DNA from: Roseibacillus sp.
GTDB lineage: Bacteria > Verrucomicrobiota > Verrucomicrobiia > Verrucomicrobiales > Akkermansiaceae
Direction: 5' to 3'
Length of the DNA: 64,000 nucleotides
NCBI GenBank assembly: GCA_965242925.1
Contig: CBDEUM010000038.1
Span: 1-64,000, forward strand
The position numbers were made by a program, and so were the translations under genes. Below, in pieces: positions 19,126 through 28,816 of the stretch. The notes beneath the pieces are model-generated. The model was not told where the DNA came from. It made no database searches and saw only the letters and a program-made list of their open reading frames with translations. Position 1 is the first letter of the stretch. Every line of letters begins with the position of its first letter.

Positions 19126-21747
19126 ATGCAAATAGCGAAGCACTTAACCAATCGCACGGCTCGCGTACTCACCCTGTCCCTCGGCCTTCTCACCCTCGCG
19201 CCAACTGTCGTCTTCTCCCAAAGCGACCTGGCCAAGCGAGAGATGATGCGTCGAGCAGAGAAAGTTCGACAGGCGGAAGACCTTCTTGAATCGGGCCGCG
19301 CGGCCTACCAGAAGGGAGACTACGAAACCGCCGTTACGAGTTATAACGAAGCGCTGGGCATCCTTCCGGGAGGGTTCGCCACAGCGGAACGTCGCCGTGC
19401 TCTGGAAGCTCACCTTGCCGACGCCACCGTGGCACTTTCTCAGCAGTTCCGTCGCACGGGCAAGTATGCGGAAGCGCGGGAGAAACTGAATCAGGTTCTT
19501 TCCATCGATCCCAACAACCAGCGGGCTCGCCAGGAGATTGAATACCTTGATGATCCCATCCGGACCAACCCGGCTCTCACCTATGACCACACCACCAACG
19601 TGGATAAGGTACGACGCTTTCTCTATACTGCGGAAGGATTCAAGAATCTCGGCCTCTACGATGATGCCATCCGCGAGTATCAGAAGATATTGCAGGTCGA
19701 CCCCTACAACTCTGCCGCGCGACGGGGGATGGAGGGTATTCACCAACTGAAGTCCGATCACTACCGTTCCGCATATGACGAAGCGCGTGCACGCATGCTG
19801 GCTGAAGTAGACGCGGCCTGGGAGATGGCCGTGCCCCCGCCGGTTGAACTTGACGGCAGTATCGTCGGTGGTCTGCGTCCCTCGGCTGTCGGCGTGAACA
19901 TCGAGTTCAAGCTCAAGAACATGCTGATCCCGGTGGTCGACTTCGACGATACCACCGTGGAGGAGGCGATCGATTTCCTCCGTCAGCGGGCTCAGGAACT
20001 CGACAAGTGGGAACTCGACCCGATCAAGAAGGGGATCAACTTCGTGATCCGCAAGCCGCGTATCGGCGGGGGAGCGCCTGATGCCGAACTTGACGTGGAA
20101 GGCGGTCTCGGTGCCATTGATCCGGGTTCGGCCCGGGTGAAGGAGCTCAAGCTGCGGAACGTTCCGCTCGCCAATGTGCTCCAGTATATCTGTGAGCAGG
20201 CCCGCCTGCGCTACAAGGTTGACGATTTTGCGGTGACTCTCCTGCCCATTGGTTCGGCGGAGGGTGAGGATGTCCTCACCCGCAAGTGGAAAGTGCCACC
20301 CACTTTCCTCAATGACATTGGGACGGGTGCTGGCGACGGTGACGGCGGTGCTGAAGTAGATCCTTTCGCTGGAGATGACGGCGGTCTCGGTAATCGCTCG
20401 CTTGCGCCGCGTCGGCCCCTCATGGAGATCCTCAAGGAGTCCGGCATCGACTTCCCGCCCGGATCCTCTGCCCAGTATATCCCGAGCACCTCTACCCTCA
20501 TAGTAAGTAATACTCCACAGAACCTCGACCTCGTGGATCAGCTGGTGGAGGACATTCTCGGCGGCACGCCCAAGATGATCAGGATCACCACCAAGTTCGT
20601 GGAGGTTTCCCAGGAAAACTCCGACGAGCTGAGCTTTGACTGGATCGTGACTCCCTTCGGTCTTGGCGGAGTGATTTCCGAGGAGCTCTTCGTAGGCGGC
20701 GGCACCCAGGGCAACGGTCAGGTCCGCACCGGTTCCGACTTTATCAGTCCGGTGGCCTTTACCAATATTCCGGGTATCCCGGCGGCCAGCAATCAGGCCG
20801 TGAACAATATTGTGACGGCATCGAATCGAAGCGGGGATACCGCGGTGACTCGCAACAACGTTGATGCGATCCTCAACAATCCGAACCGGAGCGCCCAGGT
20901 CAACCGCGCCGCTCCTGGCATCCTGAGTCTCACCGGCCTCTTCAACAGCGGCCAGCTCCAGATGATCATGAGGGGGCTGGCTCAGAAGAAGGGCACTGAT
21001 ATCATGACCGCACCCAGTGTAACGGCCCGTCCGGGACAGAAGGCGACCATCGAGATTATCCGGGAGTTCATTTATCCCACCGAGTATGAGCCGCCGGAAC
21101 TTCCCAACCAGGTTGGAGGCGGCTTTGGTGGTAACAACGGAGGTGGCTTCGGTGGTGGTGGTGGAGGTGGTGGTGCCGGAGGCTTTCCGGTTACCCCGGC
21201 TACTCCCACGGCCTTCGAGACCCGCAACACGGGTGTCACCCTGGAGATCGAGCCCAACCTCGGCCCCAATGAATACGTTATCGATCTGCGCTTTGCCCCG
21301 GAGATCGTTGAGTTCGAAGGCTTCATCAACTACGGCAGCCCGATCACCTCGCCAGCCACGGACGCTTTCGGCAATCCGGTCACCGTGACCATTACCGAGA
21401 ACCGCATCGAGATGCCCGTCTTCTCCAGTCGCCGGGTCAGCACTGGTATCACCATTTACGATGGTCATACCGTGGCCGTCGGTGGTCTGATGCGTGAGGA
21501 TGTGCAGGATGTGGAGGACGGTATTCCCGTGCTTAGCGACATTCCGCTTATCGGCCGTCTCTTCCAGAGCGCCGCCCAGAGCCACATCAAGAGCAACCTG
21601 ATCATTTTTGTGACCGCCAACATCATTGATGCTGCTGGTAAGAACTACCGCAAGCCCAACGAGGTGGATCCCAGTGGGAACAATCCGGTTGATCCGATCA
21701 GCACCGACCTCGGCGGCGGTGGTGACGGGGTGCTTCCGCCGCTTTAG
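19126..21747 (+). CDS. Amuc_1098-type outer-membrane secretin (PilQ/GspD family) with N-terminal TPRs
   Basis: Signal peptide, TPR helices, APSVTARPGQKATIEIIREF, FETRNTGVTLEIEP, GGLMRE...IPVLSDIPLIGRLF...LIIFVTA. Confidence 0.92.
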   Translation: MQIAKHLTNRTARVLTLSLGLLTLAPTVVFSQSDLAKREMMRRAEKVRQAEDLLESGRAAYQKGDYETAVTSYNEALGILPGGFATAERRRALEAHLADATVALSQQFRRTGKYAEAREKLNQVLSIDPNNQRARQEIEYLDDPIRTNPALTYDHTTNVDKVRRFLYTAEGFKNLGLYDDAIREYQKILQVDPYNSAARRGMEGIHQLKSDHYRSAYDEARARMLAEVDAAWEMAVPPPVELDGSIVGGLRPSAVGVNIEFKLKNMLIPVVDFDDTTVEEAIDFLRQRAQELDKWELDPIKKGINFVIRKPRIGGGAPDAELDVEGGLGAIDPGSARVKELKLRNVPLANVLQYICEQARLRYKVDDFAVTLLPIGSAEGEDVLTRKWKVPPTFLNDIGTGAGDGDGGAEVDPFAGDDGGLGNRSLAPRRPLMEILKESGIDFPPGSSAQYIPSTSTLIVSNTPQNLDLVDQLVEDILGGTPKMIRITTKFVEVSQENSDELSFDWIVTPFGLGGVISEELFVGGGTQGNGQVRTGSDFISPVAFTNIPGIPAASNQAVNNIVTASNRSGDTAVTRNNVDAILNNPNRSAQVNRAAPGILSLTGLFNSGQLQMIMRGLAQKKGTDIMTAPSVTARPGQKATIEIIREFIYPTEYEPPELPNQVGGGFGGNNGGGFGGGGGGGGAGGFPVTPATPTAFETRNTGVTLEIEPNLGPNEYVIDLRFAPEIVEFEGFINYGSPITSPATDAFGNPVTVTITENRIEMPVFSSRRVSTGITIYDGHTVAVGGLMREDVQDVEDGIPVLSDIPLIGRLFQSAAQSHIKSNLIIFVTANIIDAAGKNYRKPNEVDPSGNNPVDPISTDLGGGGDGVLPPL

Positions 21748-21774
21748 CCCCGAGCCAGGCAAATCGTTTTCAAG

Positions 21775-21806
21775 AGCCCGGCAGTTTCAACTGCCGGGCT
21801 TTTTTT
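21775..21806 (+). terminator. Rho-independent terminator of the pilus operon
   Basis: Inverted repeat AGCCCGGCAGT-TTCA-ACTGCCGGGCT followed by a T run. Confidence 0.85.
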
Positions 21807-21893
21807 CGGGTTCCGGGGAGCGCCCCGCAGTTTCAGATTTCAGGATTCAGAGAGTATGCTGCAATCCTGAGCACAGAGATCGGAAATTCTTCC

Positions 21894-22511
21894 ATGCACT
21901 CCTTTGCGCTGACGGGTGGTGTAGCCACCGGGAAATCCACCTTTGGGCGGATCCTGCAGGAACTTGTTCCTGCAGCAGTCCTGTTTGATTGTGATGCGTC
22001 TGTGAGAGGTCTGCTGACGGATGAGGAACTTGGAGCCGAGATCATTGCTGCCCTTGGCAGGGAGGTGGAGGGCGAGGGGGCGGGGGGCCTGGACCGCTCC
22101 CGGCTGCGTGAGCTGGTTTTCCGCGATCAGGAGGGCCGCAAGGTGCTGGAGAGTATTCTGCATCCCCGGGTGCGGGAGGAATGTCTTGAGTTACATCGTG
22201 AAACTGCTATCAGTCGCCTGTCGCCCTTGTTCGTCGCGGACGTTCCGCTCCTCTTCGAAAGCGGATTCGACTTTGGATACGAGCGAGCTCTTCTGGTCGC
22301 CACCACCCGTGAGACCCAGCTGGTTCGCCTCAAATCCCGCAACGGATACGACGACACCCTTGCGGAGGCCATTCTAGCCGCCCAACTCCCCATCATGGAG
22401 AAGTTGAGGCGTGCGGATGTGGTCTTCTGGAACGAAGGACCGGAGGAGGTTCTGCGTCACCAGGTCTCCCGCTTCCTTTTGACCCTTGCTCTTGATCCCG
22501 ATCCCGACTCG
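21894..22511 (+). CDS. coaE: Dephospho-CoA kinase domain (no stop codon; in frame with Rho in ORF 21894..24086)
   Basis: ALTGGVATGKST, DCD, LDRSRLRELVF, LESILHPRVR, DVPLLFE, AQLPIMEK..RADVVFWNEG. Confidence 0.9.
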
Positions 22512-24086
22512 ATGGCTGCCAAGAAGAAAAGCCCCAGGAAAAAGACCGCTGCCAAGAAGGCTGCCGGTAAAACGAAGGGTAGTGCCAGGAAGAAAAGCAC
22601 TCCTCTCAAGTCTGCCAAGAAGACGGTGACGAAGAAGAGTGCCCGGTCTGCGGAAGAAGGGGAGGACGAGGAGCAGCAGGCAAGGGAACTTGAAGTGGTG
22701 GTAGAGAGCGCGGAGGAAGCCGTGGCAGGAGGGATGGAATCCGGGGATGCCGGTGTTTCTCCGCCGCGGGAAGAAAAGAAGTCCGGGGAGGAGGCCATTC
22801 CGGAACCTGAGCCGGAACCTTCCTACGATGTTCCCGAGGGCATCGATGTGAACGAGTTTCGTGAGCATTCGCTCGCCTCTCTCCTGGAGACTGCGGCCGA
22901 GTATCCCATCAAGGTTAACAGCGCGGCCGGGAAGAGCGTGCTGATCTTCGAATTGCTCTCATTCTATGCCAAGCATGGCACAATTCTTGAAGCGGAAGGT
23001 ATCCTGGAGCAGGCCAAGGAGAATTATGCCATGTTGCGCGATCCGAGGCGCAGCTTCCGCACCTCACCCGATGACTTCTACATCGGAGGGAATCTCCTCA
23101 GGCAACACGGACTGCGGGCCGGCCAGCGCATCAGAGTCAAGCTGCGCGCTCCCCGCGACCGCGACAAGTATCTTTCCGCTCTCGAAGTACTCACCGTGGA
23201 GGGAGGGCCGGCGGATGAGTTCAGTGCCCCCAAGCCCTTTGATCAGCTGACTTCGCTTTTTCCGGAAGACCGTTTTGTGCTGGAGCGTCCCTCCGCCATG
23301 GCGGTAAGGCTCATTGATATTGTGGCTCCTATCGGGAAGGGACAACGGGGACTGATTGTGGCGCCTCCCCGGGGTGGCAAGACCATCCTCCTGAAGGAGA
23401 TTGCTAAATCCATCGCAGCCAATCATCCGGAGACCAAGCTCATCGTCCTTCTCCTTGATGAGCGTCCCGAGGAAGTGACGGACTTCGAGGAGGCGGTCGA
23501 TGCCGAAGTCTTCAGCTCCACCTTCGATGAATCTGCCAAGCGTCACGCCCAGGTTTCAGACCTGGTCCTCGAACGCGCCCGGAGGCTGGTCGAACTGGGG
23601 CAGGATGTGGTGATCCTCCTCGACAGCCTGACCCGGCTGGCCCGGGGTTACAACAATTCACAGCGGGGAGGGGGACCCGTCGGCACCGGGGGCCTCAGTC
23701 CCAATGCCCTGCAGAAGTCGCGCAAGTTTTTCGGGGCAGCCCGGAATTTGGAAGAGGGAGGGAGCCTCACGATCGTGGCAACCTGTCTTGTCGAGACCGA
23801 GAGCCGCATGGATGACATCATCTTCGAGGAGCTCAAGGGAACCGGTAACATGGAGATCCTCCTTGATCGCGAACTTGCCGAGAGCCGCATTTACCCGGCC
23901 ATTCATATTCCACAGAGTGGAACTCGCAACGATGACCGGCTTTACCACCCGGACGAGATGGAGAAGGTTATCGAGATCCGCCGGGCCCTCACGACCCTCC
24001 CGATCGGCGAGGCCCTGCAGACCCTGCTCAGGCAACTGGCCAAGAATTCGAGCAACGCAGAACTCCTCATGCGGGGTATGATTTAA
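22512..24086 (+). CDS. rho: Transcription termination factor Rho (divergent) with Lys-rich then Glu-rich N-terminal region
   Basis: [67 protein letters not shown]; internal ATG at 22512. Confidence 0.9.
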   Translation: MAAKKKSPRKKTAAKKAAGKTKGSARKKSTPLKSAKKTVTKKSARSAEEGEDEEQQARELEVVVESAEEAVAGGMESGDAGVSPPREEKKSGEEAIPEPEPEPSYDVPEGIDVNEFREHSLASLLETAAEYPIKVNSAAGKSVLIFELLSFYAKHGTILEAEGILEQAKENYAMLRDPRRSFRTSPDDFYIGGNLLRQHGLRAGQRIRVKLRAPRDRDKYLSALEVLTVEGGPADEFSAPKPFDQLTSLFPEDRFVLERPSAMAVRLIDIVAPIGKGQRGLIVAPPRGGKTILLKEIAKSIAANHPETKLIVLLLDERPEEVTDFEEAVDAEVFSSTFDESAKRHAQVSDLVLERARRLVELGQDVVILLDSLTRLARGYNNSQRGGGPVGTGGLSPNALQKSRKFFGAARNLEEGGSLTIVATCLVETESRMDDIIFEELKGTGNMEILLDRELAESRIYPAIHIPQSGTRNDDRLYHPDEMEKVIEIRRALTTLPIGEALQTLLRQLAKNSSNAELLMRGMI

Positions 24087-24237
24087 AGTCAATTTTCAGG
24101 CCCATTTTCAGGCCCTTGTGGCCCGGGGCCACGAATGCCGCACGTTTGACACCCCCTGTCACCACATTGCGGCTACAGTGTTTACGAAAATCTGCTTGCA
24201 GAGGGGACGATATGCACCGAAAAAAGAGGCCGTTCCC

Positions 24238-27200
24238 ATGCCTACGAACACACTGAAGTCCCTTTTCGCGGCCGCGCTGCTCTTCGCGCCCGCTCTCTCC
24301 CCGGCCGAGTCGCTCTACTTCCAGAACACGAAGGATTGGCGGCAGATCGGGCCCGAGACGGTGTTCTACCTTGGAGGCGAGACCAACATGTTCTTTGTTG
24401 ATGGCTACTGGGCACTGGAGGGATGCGCCTTCCAGCCCTCCCAGTCTATTGTCGGTCCCAACCTCTTCTGCCCTCTGGGAACTACCGGGTTTATCGCACA
24501 GGGCGATATCGATGGGGATGGAGAGAACGACCAGGGATCATTCTGGTCAATTGGGGAGATAGTGCCGGCGCAAAGTGTGGAACCCTTCCGGTCGGACCTC
24601 TTCAGGCTCCTTTCCGCGCCACCTTCCGGATTCACCCAGATCCTTCGCGGAACGGATGGGGATGTAGCTGCCATCTTTGATGTGTCGGACAGTAGTGTGG
24701 TAGTCTGGTATAACGTGCTGGGGGGCTCTGTGGATGACTACGAGATAACCCAGTATCAGGGATTGCGGTCCTACGGGACTGGCAAGCAGGAACTGGAGCG
24801 GCACTTCTGGGACGTCCCCTGGGGACCTTACAAGTTTGTCCTGCCGGGTCTTGTTCCTAACAATTCTCGAAACGAGCCGGGGGACGTCATCTACGGGGTC
24901 GACCACTTGGTCACTCCCGACGCCTGGCCGGGACGCGGGGCCGTTCCGCAGGGATGGCGGAATATCAACGACGAATACTGGGAGGACGGTGCACTGGAAT
25001 TTGACCCGCGCACGTTCTTTCGTTTCGAGTGGGGTGGACTGACCTCGGCCAACACCATCCAAGGGGATACTCTCCTCTACTCAATGCAGGGCCATCACTA
25101 TGTCAATGGGGATGGGATCGAGGCCACGGCGTATGCGCCAGATAGCATAGCCCGGGGCACGGTCACTGGTCTCTCGTGCTTTAACACCATCACGACGGAC
25201 ATTAATCTGGATAACCTCCTGGAAGAGGGAAAGATTTACGAACTGACCTTCACCAGCGGCCGTCTGACAGGCACGGAAGATGCCGTTCAGTATCCGGTCA
25301 CCAGTTTCGGGGATTCAGGGGATATCTCGGTCCTAAGGGTAGTGAGCCGGGAGGAGGGGTATACCTGGGAGGAGGCAAGGGATGCGGCAGAGTCGGCAGG
25401 CGGGAGGTTGGCCGTTCTCAATACCCAGGAGAAGATTGATTTCGTTAATGAGCAGTTGCTCGGGGCTGGCCTGGACACTGCGGAAGGGGAGTGGCCTTCG
25501 ATGTGGATCGGGCTCAGTGATAGCGAGGAGGAAGGTGTATGGCAGTGGAATACCGGTGAGACCCTTGTCGAGCAGCCCCCCAGTTTCCAAGATATTGGAA
25601 GTGTGGCAGATGCTTTGGCCCCGTTTGAAGTAAACACCTTTGGCTCTACCATCGACACGGAGCTCGGGCTCTATGATGCTGACGGCAACCTCGTTCTGAG
25701 CAACGATGATGTCGGTGAGTTTGGGGACATCTTGCAGAGCCAGCTGGATTTCCCCACAGGCCTAGAGCAGGGCTTCTATTTCCTTGCGGTTGGGACCTTT
25801 GACAGTGGGTTCGACCAGTCTGATTTTGACGTTTTTGCAGGAGGCCCCGGAGGGCCCTACGCACTCACTCACCCCGATGGTGTTGCGACTGGAGAGCTTG
25901 GTGCGGGAGCCGTTGACTGGTATCGGCTGGCGGTTGGAAGCCCTGTCGAGGGCGGGACCTGGGAGGTAGGGTCCCCGACGGTGGATCCTCCGGAAAACGA
26001 TTTCGATTTTGCCCATATTCTGGGAGGCGTGGCCGCTGATGGTTCGGCCCCGGTGTGGTTTGACGAGGAAGGGACGGTTGAACTTGAGGCCATCCTTCTT
26101 GAGATCCCCCTTCTTAACAGCAATGAGATCGTGCTTCCGAGTGCGAATGATTTAACCGGTGGCGTGGTTACCGGGAGCGTCGTTGCCGGCGGAGCGGACG
26201 AATTCACTCTGGAGACCAATCGCAACCTGGGCGATCCAGAGTGTCTGGTAGCGGGACAGACCTACCGCCTTGAGATTACCAGTGGGGCCCTCGCCGGCGA
26301 AGATCGGTTTCCTATTACCTTATGGGACGGATTGACCCTGTCGACCGAAGGTGCTGTCGATGTGACTGGCCAGCCGGAACCCCCGCTCCCCTTCGGGGAA
26401 GAGCTCATCGGCACCACGTTCGTCCTCACCCCCGAGAATGTGAACGCAACATTCACGGTGGGATACGTTGGCAGGCACTTCCTGGAGGCCAGCGATGCTC
26501 TCGGTGATCCCTCTGACTTCTCCCTCCTCGTGCGCGGTGGAGAGTATCGCCTTGAGATTCTCACCGGTGAACTGGCCGGGACCTCGGACAGCATTCGGAA
26601 CTGGGGTTTTCCAACCAACGCCTACCTTGAGACGGAAACGGACTTGCTTGGAAGTCTGGAGTCAGGAGATACCTTCAGAATTAATCTCATTTCACTCCCC
26701 GGGATAACCGTCTCGATGGGAGACCAGTTCGTCATCGGTCAGACCTTCGAGGATTGGGTGCAGGACAAGTATGATGCCGGCGAGATGCTGGCGGTTGACT
26801 TCACTGAATTGGCGTTGTTCTATGAAATCGGCGTGGGCTTTCCGGGCTTTCCGGACAATGAAGTGGAGTTGGCAATGCTGGAGGTTGATCAGGGATTTTT
26901 AGGACCCCTTTACGCTGTGGCACGACCGGATACCATTGTGTTTCCTCCCTATCCGATCCAGACTCCACCGACCGATAGGAAGCAGTTTGTCGTGGGCACC
27001 TTGGACGGTCAGTATGAACTGGGTCCCTTCTTCTTCAATCCGAGCGACTCGGTGGATGCCCACCTGGAAATCAGCCGGAGCAGTTCCAGCAGTGCGGTAA
27101 CGTATGACGTAGGATCCTACGGTCTGGATTTCCGGGTGAGGTTCATTGATACCTATGAAGGTTTTGCGCTTCTCGGGGGTCTGGCAGGAGAAGGTTTTGG

Positions 27201-27600
27201 GGCTGATGCGGGCTTTCCCTTCGGCACGCCCAGCTCCGAACGGGCTACTGATTATGATTTCGACCGGGACGGTGCTTCCAACCTGCTTGAATACGCTCTG
27301 GGGAGCGATGTGGCAAACGCCCAGGACAGGCCGACATTCGAATACGCCCTCGATGAAGTTGCCGGTGGCTGTACTGCTACCTTGACGAAGCGCCCCTTTA
27401 CGGGAACCAGCCTCGAGTATTTCTTCGAATACAGCACGGATCTGCGGACCTGGACGACCATCTTGGAGGATGATCCCATCTTTGAAATCTTGCAGGATGA
27501 TGAGACAACGCTGGAGGTCTCCAATCTGGCGGATTTCCCGGGACAGTTGGCAGCTCCCGCCTGCTTCCTGCGGGTGCGGGTTATAAACCGGGGGTTATAA
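24238..27600 (+). CDS. Large acidic secreted/surface protein with C-type lectin, PPC-like and repeated beta domains
   Basis: Signal peptide MPTNTLKSLFAAALLFAPALSPA; DIDGDG; lectin motifs; DTELGLYDADG.LV.SNDD; C-terminal DFDRDGASNLLEYALG...YSTDLRTW...FLRVRV. Confidence 0.8.
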   Translation: MPTNTLKSLFAAALLFAPALSPAESLYFQNTKDWRQIGPETVFYLGGETNMFFVDGYWALEGCAFQPSQSIVGPNLFCPLGTTGFIAQGDIDGDGENDQGSFWSIGEIVPAQSVEPFRSDLFRLLSAPPSGFTQILRGTDGDVAAIFDVSDSSVVVWYNVLGGSVDDYEITQYQGLRSYGTGKQELERHFWDVPWGPYKFVLPGLVPNNSRNEPGDVIYGVDHLVTPDAWPGRGAVPQGWRNINDEYWEDGALEFDPRTFFRFEWGGLTSANTIQGDTLLYSMQGHHYVNGDGIEATAYAPDSIARGTVTGLSCFNTITTDINLDNLLEEGKIYELTFTSGRLTGTEDAVQYPVTSFGDSGDISVLRVVSREEGYTWEEARDAAESAGGRLAVLNTQEKIDFVNEQLLGAGLDTAEGEWPSMWIGLSDSEEEGVWQWNTGETLVEQPPSFQDIGSVADALAPFEVNTFGSTIDTELGLYDADGNLVLSNDDVGEFGDILQSQLDFPTGLEQGFYFLAVGTFDSGFDQSDFDVFAGGPGGPYALTHPDGVATGELGAGAVDWYRLAVGSPVEGGTWEVGSPTVDPPENDFDFAHILGGVAADGSAPVWFDEEGTVELEAILLEIPLLNSNEIVLPSANDLTGGVVTGSVVAGGADEFTLETNRNLGDPECLVAGQTYRLEITSGALAGEDRFPITLWDGLTLSTEGAVDVTGQPEPPLPFGEELIGTTFVLTPENVNATFTVGYVGRHFLEASDALGDPSDFSLLVRGGEYRLEILTGELAGTSDSIRNWGFPTNAYLETETDLLGSLESGDTFRINLISLPGITVSMGDQFVIGQTFEDWVQDKYDAGEMLAVDFTELALFYEIGVGFPGFPDNEVELAMLEVDQGFLGPLYAVARPDTIVFPPYPIQTPPTDRKQFVVGTLDGQYELGPFFFNPSDSVDAHLEISRSSSSSAVTYDVGSYGLDFRVRFIDTYEGFALLGGLAGEGFGADAGFPFGTPSSERATDYDFDRDGASNLLEYALGSDVANAQDRPTFEYALDEVAGGCTATLTKRPFTGTSLEYFFEYSTDLRTWTTILEDDPIFEILQDDETTLEVSNLADFPGQLAAPACFLRVRVINRGL

Positions 27601-27605
27601 ACCGG
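27578..27605 (+). repeat. Perfect 14-bp tandem duplication spanning the stop codon
   Basis: GGGTTATAAACCGG x2. Confidence 0.9.
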
Positions 27606-27637
27606 TAGAGGCACCTGCCAGTTCTCAGACACTCTAA

Positions 27638-27672
27638 ACTGGCACGGCCTGCGGGTCGTGCCAGTCTGTTTT
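27638..27672 (+). terminator. Probable terminator hairpin
   Basis: ACTGGCACGGCC-TGCG-GGTCGTGCCAGT followed by CTGTTTT. Confidence 0.6.
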
Positions 27673-27749
27673 GGAAACAGGGCTTTGCTGGCGGTGACCT
27701 TCGTGTTGAAATACAGCGTGTCCGGGAGATCCCGAACAACTGCCGCGGA

Positions 27750-28802
27750 ATGATTACCACCAGCGCCGAACTCTCTGGACTGGTGGATAACCTGCCGTCC
27801 AACGGTGCTCCCTTCGCGGGGATCGATCTGGAGGCGGATAATCTCCATCGTTATGCGGAACAGTTGTGCCTGATTCAAATCTCCACCGGGGAGGAGGTGA
27901 TCCTCGTTGATCCCCTTGAGGTGGACGATCTCGGCCCACTGCGAGATTATCTGGCGACCAACAGCATCTGGATGCACGGGGCGGATTTCGACATGATGCT
28001 GCTGCGCCGGGAGTTCGGAATGCTGCCGAGGATGATCTATGACACCCAGATTGCCGCCCGCCTTCTGGGTATTCTCCGGTTCAGCTATGCCAACCTTGTG
28101 GAGCAGTTCTTTGACGTCAAGCTCTGCAAGTCTTCCCAGAAGGAGAACTGGGGCCAGCGGCCGCTGCCTGCGAAGATGAGTGAATACGCCAGCAACGATG
28201 TGCGCTATCTTCTGCCCCTGGCGGACAAACTGAAAGATGATCTGCGGACACGAGGACGCTTCGACTGGTTCGTAGAGAGTTGCCGGTCCGCCATGGATCG
28301 GGTCATGGAGCGCGACATGGAACGTGAGGATCCCTGGCGTATTCGCGGTGCGGGCAAACTTGACACCCAGGCCTTGTGCCTGCTCCGGGCGGTCTGGAAC
28401 TGGCGCGATGGGGAGGCACGGGAGTGGGATCGCCCTCCCTTCATGGTGGTGCGAAATCAGCAGTTGATCCTGTGGGCGGAGTCACTGGCGCGGGGGGAAA
28501 AGCTGGAAACGCCGCGAAATGTGAAGGGTGGTCGCGCCAGGCGCCTGAAGGAGGCCATCGAGGAGGCCCGCCAGATTCCCCGGTCGGAGTGGCCGGAACG
28601 CCAGAGGGGAACCGGGCGGCGCTGGGACAGGGGCCAGGAGAAGCGGTATGAGGTTTTGGCCAGGAAGCGAGACAGGGCCGCCGAGTCCCTGGAAATCGAG
28701 TCGTCGGTGATCGCTCCACGGGCCGCTCTTGAGCAAATCGCCCTGGAAGATGATCCTGCCAAACACCTTCTGAATTGGCAAAGGGCTCTTCTGGAGTTGT
28801 AG
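27750..28802 (+). CDS. rnd: Ribonuclease D (DEDDy exonuclease + HRDC)
   Basis: GIDLEAD, LCLIQI, HGADFD, DTQIAA, WGQRPL, YASNDV, WRDGEAREWDRPPFMV. Confidence 0.9.
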   Translation: MITTSAELSGLVDNLPSNGAPFAGIDLEADNLHRYAEQLCLIQISTGEEVILVDPLEVDDLGPLRDYLATNSIWMHGADFDMMLLRREFGMLPRMIYDTQIAARLLGILRFSYANLVEQFFDVKLCKSSQKENWGQRPLPAKMSEYASNDVRYLLPLADKLKDDLRTRGRFDWFVESCRSAMDRVMERDMEREDPWRIRGAGKLDTQALCLLRAVWNWRDGEAREWDRPPFMVVRNQQLILWAESLARGEKLETPRNVKGGRARRLKEAIEEARQIPRSEWPERQRGTGRRWDRGQEKRYEVLARKRDRAAESLEIESSVIAPRAALEQIALEDDPAKHLLNWQRALLEL

Positions 28803-28816
28803 TCTGGTTCAGACAG

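Noticed and set aside
19144..21762. 872-aa antisense ORF opposite the secretin
   Set aside because: Codon-register shadow of a strongly biased high-GC gene; no recognisable motifs.
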